This document shows, in pieces, positions 18,901-25,338 of a stretch of DNA of 36,800 nt (within the stretch, counting starts at the first letter, position 1; every line of letters begins with the position of its first letter). Origin of the DNA: a virus (Duplodnaviria > Caudoviricetes). The notes below the pieces were generated by a model that saw nothing but the letters and a program-made list of their open reading frames with translations, made no database searches and was not told the origin of the DNA. The translations under genes were made by a program, and so were the position numbers. Location of the stretch: IMG/VR virus record IMGVR_UViG_3300032074_000019, positions 1 to 36,800 of that record; one strand, 5' to 3'.

Positions 18901-20256
18901 AAGGTCGCGCCGAGCACGACCACGTACCCGACGACCTCGCTGCTGCCGGGCGACACCCTGACGCTGGACGGCCCGGTGCTGAAGAAGTCCGCGGGCAAGT
19001 TGGTCCCGGCCGAGGGCGCCAAGCAGGGCAAGCACGACGAGAGCCCCGTCATCGCGACCATCAAGCACGGCCCGAAGTGGACCGAGGTCACGACGACCTC
19101 GGGCCAGAAGTTGTGGATCCAGTCCGGCACCGAGGTCACCGCGCAGCGGGTGCCCGGGGCGGCGACGCCGGGCGCGGTCACCCCGGCCGTCAAGGGCAGC
19201 GGGGAGTGGAAGAACAAGCCCGCCCCGGTCGCGCCGCCGGAGCCCGTGGAGCCGCAGGCGGGCGTGCCCCAGAAGGACGCCTTCGACGCCTGGCTGGTGG
19301 CCGTCAAGGAGCGGTACGCGGCCAACCCGAACAAGGCCAAGGGCTCCCTGGAGGAGAGCGCCAACTGGCCCAAGGTCCAGTCGATCCTCAACGGCGACCC
19401 GGCGCTGGCCAAGACCGCGATCGACAGCCTGCACAAGAACCAGTACCTCGACGACGACCTGCGGGCGCAGGCCGAGAAGATCTACGCCGACGCGGCCGTC
19501 ATCAAGCCGGGCGAGTTCGAGAAGTACGCGAAGGCCCACGCCGCCTGGAAGCAGGCGATGGAGGGCTACGAGGCCGACCTCGCCGCGTGGCAGAAGGACA
19601 ACCCGACCTCGCTGAAGGGGATGAGCGGGGCGAAGGTCTTCACCAGCAACGAGGCGGGCGTCGCCTGGGCGAACAAGACCCTCAAGGTGCCGATCCCGGA
19701 CGACGCCAAGGAGATGGTCAAGAGCATGAAGGGCTCCTCCGGCTACGTCAACGGCCAACTGTGGAACAACGGCGGCGCGGTCCCGGCCTCGGTCCAGACC
19801 CACGTCGCGAGCCTGGACAAGGCGATGACCCCGCTGCCCGAGGACATCTACCTGTTCCGCGGCACGAACATGAACGAGTTCAAGGGGATCGGCAGTGTCG
19901 AGGACCTGAAGAAGGCGGTCGGCACGACGTTCGTGCAGCACGCGTACCAGCCGACCGGCCTCGGCGTGGACACGGCGTTCTCCGGCAGCCCGGTGCAGAT
20001 CGTCTACCGGGCGCCGAAGGGCACGCTGGGCGTGTGGGCGCGGCCGATCAGCCCGCCGCCGTTCAGCGCCGAGCGGGAGTACATGCTCGGCCGGAACACG
20101 AAGTACTTCATCCACAAGGTCACGCAGAAGAACGGCCAGACCTTCGTGGAGGCCGAGATCATCCCGCCGGGCCACCCGGACCCGAGCGGCCAGCCGGGGC
20201 AGGGGCTCACGCACAAGGTCGGCACCCACTTCGCGAGGTTGCGCCTCCCGGCGTAA
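15967..20256 (+). CDS. large multidomain protein with two VIP2/Alt-like ADP-ribosyltransferase domains and SH3/KOW-like repeats
   Basis: ART1 (about 17930-18420): VVRR, YLSTA, HENEILLPRG; ART2 (about 19700-20165): LFRG, YQPTG, AEREYML; repeats AKDLKPGD. Confidence 0.8.
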   Translation: MATTFTPEQDAALADLLATTEYVDASPTEDTDPDNGLPALAERLAGIGPWDPGFEDAVDEAIAAVRANLDGEVRDDTVNALQALLLVNWGLPPEEAAVTASAAGQHWKDELRIPKGNGDHSGQWTFTPWKWMDTLQAEAEKVGKVIGVDDIEEYNAKVRAKLDVARTVLNALDKDEASTHPGDPIVTTSSAVAGQLFLDAAVAANDMGLPSKNLEEAAKSTLAFGKYDWTLFDESSDIGANDPDEDFGELLTEDTDIGAGDIPDNHQDDTPVAEDVKKAKDLKPGDTVVTYDEEGSPYAVVLDDVQPVADTATGEPQIEVTDQDGASWNYGPDDEVEIMAGDDEAENAAALNEDVGPSKTAKDLKPGDQILVGSEEDDTLAFTEVSDVQVGADGVIEVTDIEGLTYHFAPDQAVSVEPADDDLEDWEKALLAPDTSGAVHKDAKDLKVGDLFWDGAGHEQSVKEIHQNHKGQVVVTDGNGAEHAFHPEYMVPMSPDSPAALPPKKAGDIVAGDTVMVHDFPVEVAEVALIEDPWGGKPYVQVTSTGEQTYGFDPDDDVPLVKAAPEAKNPSGYEDPEDVPVGTSVWLHDAASGDEPEKYTKVAENAWTSDGLEEDVELTDGVMSGGWNLVVAPPEPVPAATRADFLGAESFTPAEKAAVKAYGMPHGYKTVNPYLNNNGQVYDTSIPGLRPATAQEKAFAEKTIKDLDSAFGKAAPLDHEVTVVRRSGAEQFGTDPLAPGDTFTNAAYLSTALPGGKKNGYGYESKPVQWEITLPKGAKALQGNAHENEILLPRGSRFVVESDTTDAAGLRHLKVRVVLEKPKPVGDTGGYASAADVPVGESVLLLPVESGGTPVKYTKVGDDEWSSVDPKTGEAVTDSDADLAGAWDTLFTQEEGAPVTPGMVEVDVPIVGKEIQPGDTLDLSKSVILKKSGGKLVQSTGVNPTVAEVKHGPKWANVVTTTGQKLWVPTDEPITAKRKVAPSTTTYPTTSLLPGDTLTLDGPVLKKSAGKLVPAEGAKQGKHDESPVIATIKHGPKWTEVTTTSGQKLWIQSGTEVTAQRVPGAATPGAVTPAVKGSGEWKNKPAPVAPPEPVEPQAGVPQKDAFDAWLVAVKERYAANPNKAKGSLEESANWPKVQSILNGDPALAKTAIDSLHKNQYLDDDLRAQAEKIYADAAVIKPGEFEKYAKAHAAWKQAMEGYEADLAAWQKDNPTSLKGMSGAKVFTSNEAGVAWANKTLKVPIPDDAKEMVKSMKGSSGYVNGQLWNNGGAVPASVQTHVASLDKAMTPLPEDIYLFRGTNMNEFKGIGSVEDLKKAVGTTFVQHAYQPTGLGVDTAFSGSPVQIVYRAPKGTLGVWARPISPPPFSAEREYMLGRNTKYFIHKVTQKNGQTFVEAEIIPPGHPDPSGQPGQGLTHKVGTHFARLRLPA

Positions 20257-20267
20257 CATGCTACAAT
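20239..20267 (+). promoter_or_regulatory. consensus-like sigma70/SigA promoter
   Basis: TTGCGC-N17-TACAAT with extended -10 TG, overlapping the ART gene end. Confidence 0.65.
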
Positions 20268-20289
20268 GGCAGAAAGAAAGGAGACGACC

Positions 20290-20643
20290 GTGACCGAGCA
20301 GGCCCCCGAGCAGCGCCACCCGATCTTCGCCTCGATGGTTGTGAGCACGCCGGACGACTACCCGGAGCCCAAGCCGGGCCCGGCGACCCGGTGGGTGCTG
20401 ACGACGCCGGACAAGGCGCCGGTCGGCGTCCTCGTCTTCAACGACAGTGGGCTCTCCTGGACCCCGGCCGCGACCGAGGAGCCGGACCCGCAGGAGTACG
20501 CCGCGGAACTCCTCTCGTTCATCCGCGGCAACCGCGAGGAGGGCACGGCGCAGGCCGACCTCCTGGCCGCGATCAGGGACGCCTACACGGGCGACCTGAC
20601 CGAGGACCAGGTCCGGTTCTTCCCACCGAAGAAGAAGGGCTAG
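20290..20643 (+). CDS. small acidic protein, candidate ART immunity/partner
   Basis: AAAGGAG RBS before GTG 20290; immediately follows the ART gene, with its own promoter. Confidence 0.7.
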   Translation: MTEQAPEQRHPIFASMVVSTPDDYPEPKPGPATRWVLTTPDKAPVGVLVFNDSGLSWTPAATEEPDPQEYAAELLSFIRGNREEGTAQADLLAAIRDAYTGDLTEDQVRFFPPKKKG

Positions 20644-20647
20644 GGCC

Positions 20648-22072
20648 GTGGAGGACAAGGAGATCGCGGCCGTCGTCGCCCTGTTCGGCGAGCGGGAGGC
20701 CGCGGACGCGCACGAGTTCGAGTGGCTGCTGCGCCGCCACGGGGGCGCCGAGTTCGCCCTGCCCAAGGACGAGGCCCGGCCCGCGCCGAAGGCACCCGCC
20801 AAGGGCCCGAAGCAGACCCGGACCCCCGCCAAGGCCCCGACCAAGGCGCCCGCCAAGAAGGGCGGCAGCGGCGGCTGGGACGAGAGCCAGCACAAGCGCG
20901 CGGACAAGGGCAGCCCCGGCGGCGGCCGGTTCATCCCCAAGGACGGCGGCGGCGGCCAGGGCAAGCCCGCGCCCAAGGCGAAGCCGAAGCCCAAGAGCGG
21001 CGGCACCGGGCACGGCCGCCCGAAGGCGCCGCAGAAGCCGAAGATGACCAAGCAGGAGAAGGTCAACGCCCTCGTCAAGGGCGTGCTGAAGGCGCTGGAC
21101 GAGGTCCTGGGCCAACTCACCAGCAAGCAGGCGCAGGCCCTCATCAAGCGGATCAAGGCGAACGCGACCGCGTTCATCGAGGGCCAGGCGCACGCCCCGA
21201 CGCACCACAACCCCAAGGGCGGCGGTGGGGGCAAGGGCGGCCCCTCCGTCACCAGCAGGCCCGCGCCCAAGGGCGGCGGCCCCAAGGTCACCAAGGGGCC
21301 CGGAGGGACCACCAGCAGGCCCGCGCCGAAGAGCCACCCGAAGGGCGGTGGCAGCACCAAGACGAGCAGCGTGGCCGGGATCGTCGCCAGCGTGCAGGGC
21401 CTCCTGAAGACGTTCGGCCACGCCATGAAGCCGGAAGCGAGGAAGAAGTTGCAGGACGCCGTGAACGCGCTCAGCAAGGCCGCGGCCGAGACCGAGGCGA
21501 TGGCCGGGGACACCGAGACCTTCGCGCCCGGCGACGACTACAGCGAGACCGTCTGCATCATGGCGATCCCGGCCGAGGACGACCCCTGCCACGGCGTCGG
21601 CGACCCGGACAAGCACGCGACGATCCTCTACTTCGGCGACCGGAGCCAGAGCGCCGACCCGGAGCGGATCGAGGGCTCCCGGGCCCTGTTCGAGAACGTG
21701 CTGCGGCTTGCGGCCCAGGAGGTCGAGCCGTTCACCGCGAAGGTCACCGGCATCGAGGCCCTGGGGCACGACGACGAGCCCGCGCAGGTCTGGCTGCTCG
21801 ACAGCCCGGAACTGCACGCCCTGTTCGGCGAGATCCCCGAGATCGACAGCGAGATCGCCTCCATGTACGAGGACGCGGACGCGACCCGGTACCCGGAGTA
21901 CAAGCCACACGTCACGATCGTCTACGGCCCGGAGGCCCCGCCGGAGGCCCGGCAGGTGACGGAGATCCGGTTCGACCGGCTCAGCCTGTGGTGGGGCGAC
22001 GAGCACGTCGACTTCCCCCTCGGCTCGGCTGAGTTCGACGCCATCCTCTCGCACTTCGGCGTGGTGGTCTGA
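20648..22072 (+). CDS. Lys/Gly/Pro-rich protein with C-terminal 2H phosphoesterase domain
   Basis: two HxT motifs: KHATILYFG (21614) and YKPHVTIVYG (21908); basic low-complexity N-terminal half. Confidence 0.8.
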   Translation: MEDKEIAAVVALFGEREAADAHEFEWLLRRHGGAEFALPKDEARPAPKAPAKGPKQTRTPAKAPTKAPAKKGGSGGWDESQHKRADKGSPGGGRFIPKDGGGGQGKPAPKAKPKPKSGGTGHGRPKAPQKPKMTKQEKVNALVKGVLKALDEVLGQLTSKQAQALIKRIKANATAFIEGQAHAPTHHNPKGGGGGKGGPSVTSRPAPKGGGPKVTKGPGGTTSRPAPKSHPKGGGSTKTSSVAGIVASVQGLLKTFGHAMKPEARKKLQDAVNALSKAAAETEAMAGDTETFAPGDDYSETVCIMAIPAEDDPCHGVGDPDKHATILYFGDRSQSADPERIEGSRALFENVLRLAAQEVEPFTAKVTGIEALGHDDEPAQVWLLDSPELHALFGEIPEIDSEIASMYEDADATRYPEYKPHVTIVYGPEAPPEARQVTEIRFDRLSLWWGDEHVDFPLGSAEFDAILSHFGVVV

Positions 22073-22099
22073 GCCGGTCTGGCGAACACGAGGTAGAAT
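22070..22099 (+). promoter_or_regulatory. phage promoter motif variant (TGAGCC-N18-TAGAAT)
   Basis: GGTAGAATGG core; upstream element shifted by 1 bp. Confidence 0.55.
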
Positions 22100-22161
22100 G
22101 GTAGGCAGGAGTCGTCTGGCGGCAAGGGCCGGGCTTCACGTCACTTCGACGAGGAGACCAG

Positions 22162-25110
22162 ATGACGACCGAGTGCCTTCCCTGCCAGGAGAGCCTGGCC
22201 CGCAAGGACATCCAGGACAGCGTGCCGGACACCGACGCATCGCAGAGCGCGGAGTGGTCCGGCCCGATCGGCATGGAGAACCAGCGGACCGGTGACGGCC
22301 GCCTCATCGAGGCCAACGCCCTGCGCTGGGACACCCTGCCCGTCCCGCTGCGGTGGGCCATGCAGGACTTCGGCGCGCACGACGGCGCGTACGTGGTCGG
22401 CAAGATCGAGAGCATCGAGCGCCTGTCCTACGAGGAGGCGAACGAGCGGCTGGAGAGCACCGGCCGCGACGCGCTCCCCGAGGCGTTCAAGGACGCCGTC
22501 ATCGTGTGGGGCGAGGGCTCCCACGACCTGGGCAGCGAGTACGGCCGCGAGGCGTTCCGGCAGGCCGACGAGGGCCTGACGCCCGGCGTCAGCATGGACC
22601 TCGACGACATCTTGGTCAAGGAGGACGACGGCGACTCCTTCACCATCCTGGAGGGCCGCGTCCGCGCGGCCACGCAGGTCGCGATCCCCGCCTTCGAGGG
22701 CGCCCGGATCTCCGTCGCCAAGGACGCCCGCGAGGCGTTCGACTCCGACGAGCAGCGGCTGGCGGACGCCGACCTCCTCGTCGACGAGGAGTCCTTCAAC
22801 TGGGTCGAGGACGCGGGCGGCCTGCCGCCGTACATCAAGCGGATCCAGAAGCACCTGGAGAAGAAGGGCATGGACGAGAGCCGTGCCATCGCGACCGCGG
22901 TCAACGTGGTCAAGAAGATGTGCGCGACCGGCGACACCAACTTCCCCGGCTCCCAGCAGGTCAACGCGGGCTCGCGCGCCGAGGCGTGCGCGGCCGTCGC
23001 GGACTGGGAGAAGAAGAAGGCCGAGCACGGCACCGAGAGCATCGTGGCCAGCGCGGGCTGGCTGCCCCCGGCCGAGTGGTTCCAGGACCCGCACCTGGAC
23101 GGCCCGACCGGGCTGACCGTGGACGACGACGGCCGCGTCTACGGCCACATCGCCCTGTGGGGTACCTGCCACGTGGCGAGCCCGCAGGGCCGCCAGGTCT
23201 GCACGCAGCCGCCGCACTCGCCCTCCAAGTACAGCGCGGGCTTCCACCTCGGCGTGACCAACACCACCGAGGGCCCGCTGCCGACCGGCAAGATCACCCT
23301 CGACACCCTGCACGCCGGGCCGAAGTTGTCGTTCAGCGACACGGTCTACCACTACGAGCACACCGGGAACGTCGCGGCGCACGTGCGCGCCGGGGAGGAC
23401 GCGCACGGGATCTGGGTGGCGGGCGCGGCGCGGCCGGGCGTCGACCTGGACGTGCTCCGCGCCGCCCCCGTCTCCGGCGACTGGCGCACCATCGGCGGCA
23501 GCCTGGAGATGGTGGCGGCCCTGTCCGTCAACGTGCCCGGCTTCCCCGTGCCCCGGGCCCAGGCCCTCGTCGCCAGTGGCTCGATCCACAGCCTGGTCGC
23601 GTCCGGCATGGTCGAGGTCGAGGAGCGGACCGAGGAGGTCCTGGACCTGCCGTGGGACGACGACGCCGTCCTGTCCCTGCGGGACCGCTTCCGGGCCCTG
23701 GACCGCAAGGAGAAGGCCGACGCCCTGGCGGCCAAGGTGAGCCGCCTGCACGCCCTGGAGCGGGTGCGCAGGCTGCGGGCGAGCCTGCCCCAGGCGGCCT
23801 TCGCGGGCCACGACGACCAGTGGCGGGTGCCCAAGGGCAACCCGGACGGCGGGCGCTACATCGACATGCCGGACGCTGGGGTCAAGGACCTGGAGACCAC
23901 CCTGCAGGACGCCCTCGACGGCGGTGGCGTGGACGACAACGCCGCGGCCGACATCGGGCAGAGCCTCGACAACGCGGTGCAGGCGTCGGAGAAGGCGTCC
24001 GACGCCCTGCGGAACAACGACGGCGCCGGGGCCACGGCTGCGGCGACCGAGGCGGACAAGCACCTGTCCGACCTGGAGGCCAAGTTGCAGGACGCGGCCG
24101 ACAGCGGCGCGATCGACGAGAACACGGCGGCCACGATCGGCGAGAAGTTGGACGTGGCCCGGACCAGCGTGGGCGTCGTGAAGGACAGCGACCTCTCCCT
24201 GCTCGGCGACGACAGCGTCAACGAGGGCGGCACGGGCGACATCGGCGGAGACGCCAAGCCCGGCAAGGGCGCGGGCGACATCGGCGGCGGGGACGCCCCG
24301 GCGGAGCACCCGGCGGGCCCCGCAGGCGAGCACCTGAGCAAGGCCGAGGCCGGGCTCCAGCACGCCGCGGACAGCGGCATGGACGAGGGCCAGGCCGCGC
24401 AGATGGGCGACGCGCTGGACAACGCCCACGACGCGATCACGGCGCACAACTCCAACCCGACCGAGGCCAACAAGCAGGCCGCGCACGACGCGATCAGCAA
24501 CCTGGAGGCGCACGCCGGGAACGCGGCCGACAGCGGCGCGATGGACGAGGGCACCGCGGCCGGGGTCGGCGAGGCCCTGGACAACGCGCACGCCGCCGTC
24601 GACGCACACCACGAGGCCAACGCCCCGAAGGCCCCGGCCGCGCCGGACGCGGGCCCGCAAGGCAGCGCGGCGCAGCAGGCGTCGACCAAGGCGCAGGACA
24701 CCGCCTCCGCGCTGGAGGCCAACCTGCAGGACGCCGCAGACGGCGGTATGGACGAGGAGTCCGCGGCCCAGGTTGGCGAGCACCTGGACGCCTTCCGAAG
24801 CAGCATGGACAAGTTGCACGAGGGGATCCAGGGCGGCAACTACAACGCCCAGGACCTGGCCGACGCGCAGACCAACCTCAGCGCGCTGGAGGCGTCGATG
24901 ATGGACGCCGCCGACAAGCCGGGCATGAGCGACGAGACGGCCAACGGCCTCGGCGTCGCCCTCGACGACATGTTCAACGACCTCGGTACGCTGGCGCAGT
25001 CCCTCCAGGGCTCTAGCGAGCCGCCCCCGTTCGCCACCCGGAAGTACGTCCGGCAGTGGCTCGGCCGCCGCGGCATCCGCCTCGGCACGTTCAGCCGCAG
25101 GGAGGGGTGA
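22162..25110 (+). CDS. capsid maturation (prohead) protease, multidomain, with acidic helical C-terminal repeats
   Basis: WSGPIGMEN..TGDGR..., AHDGA (His), GVSMDLD (Ser), VAIPAFEGA; second domain WFQDP..DGRVYGHIALWGTCH; position just upstream of capsid genes. Confidence 0.8.
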   Translation: MTTECLPCQESLARKDIQDSVPDTDASQSAEWSGPIGMENQRTGDGRLIEANALRWDTLPVPLRWAMQDFGAHDGAYVVGKIESIERLSYEEANERLESTGRDALPEAFKDAVIVWGEGSHDLGSEYGREAFRQADEGLTPGVSMDLDDILVKEDDGDSFTILEGRVRAATQVAIPAFEGARISVAKDAREAFDSDEQRLADADLLVDEESFNWVEDAGGLPPYIKRIQKHLEKKGMDESRAIATAVNVVKKMCATGDTNFPGSQQVNAGSRAEACAAVADWEKKKAEHGTESIVASAGWLPPAEWFQDPHLDGPTGLTVDDDGRVYGHIALWGTCHVASPQGRQVCTQPPHSPSKYSAGFHLGVTNTTEGPLPTGKITLDTLHAGPKLSFSDTVYHYEHTGNVAAHVRAGEDAHGIWVAGAARPGVDLDVLRAAPVSGDWRTIGGSLEMVAALSVNVPGFPVPRAQALVASGSIHSLVASGMVEVEERTEEVLDLPWDDDAVLSLRDRFRALDRKEKADALAAKVSRLHALERVRRLRASLPQAAFAGHDDQWRVPKGNPDGGRYIDMPDAGVKDLETTLQDALDGGGVDDNAAADIGQSLDNAVQASEKASDALRNNDGAGATAAATEADKHLSDLEAKLQDAADSGAIDENTAATIGEKLDVARTSVGVVKDSDLSLLGDDSVNEGGTGDIGGDAKPGKGAGDIGGGDAPAEHPAGPAGEHLSKAEAGLQHAADSGMDEGQAAQMGDALDNAHDAITAHNSNPTEANKQAAHDAISNLEAHAGNAADSGAMDEGTAAGVGEALDNAHAAVDAHHEANAPKAPAAPDAGPQGSAAQQASTKAQDTASALEANLQDAADGGMDEESAAQVGEHLDAFRSSMDKLHEGIQGGNYNAQDLADAQTNLSALEASMMDAADKPGMSDETANGLGVALDDMFNDLGTLAQSLQGSSEPPPFATRKYVRQWLGRRGIRLGTFSRREG

Positions 25111-25115
25111 ACAAC

Positions 25116-25226
25116 ATGGCAAAGAAGACGAAGGTCACCAAGATCGCCAACGGGGTCCGCAAGACCTCGGGCGTGAAGCAGCCCTCGACCAAGGGCCTCG
25201 GCAGCAAGCCGCCGAAGAACCTGTAG
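25116..25226 (+). CDS. 36-aa very basic peptide (MAKKTKVTKIANGVRKTSGVKQPSTKGLGSKPPKNL)
   Basis: GGAGG RBS, ATG 25116, TAG 25224-25226; below the ORF-track cutoff. Confidence 0.6.
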   Translation: MAKKTKVTKIANGVRKTSGVKQPSTKGLGSKPPKNL

Positions 25227-25230
25227 CACC

Positions 25231-25261
25231 TGCACCAAGCCTCGGGAAACCGAGGTATGAT
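25231..25261 (+). promoter_or_regulatory. phage promoter motif copy (TGCACC-N19-TATGAT)
   Basis: consensus match upstream of major capsid gene. Confidence 0.65.
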
Positions 25262-25338
25262 TGACCCAAGAGCAGTACTCCTGATGGCGTGAGGGCCTGG
25301 GATTCCGACCAAGTGGCCACCCCACCAGGAGGATTCTC

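Noticed and set aside
17784-21047. Long alternative-frame plus-strand ORFs rich in Arg/Gly/Pro (also 22353-25016, 11945-13612, 9448-11049)
   Set aside because: Typical shadow frames of high-GC coding DNA.
15928-21513. 1861-aa minus-strand ORF and other long antisense ORFs (10788-13715, 22141-25122, 5280-7685, 3297-5255)
   Set aside because: They mirror well-supported plus-strand genes. Strong GC3 bias removes antisense stop codons, and the products are low-complexity with no motifs.
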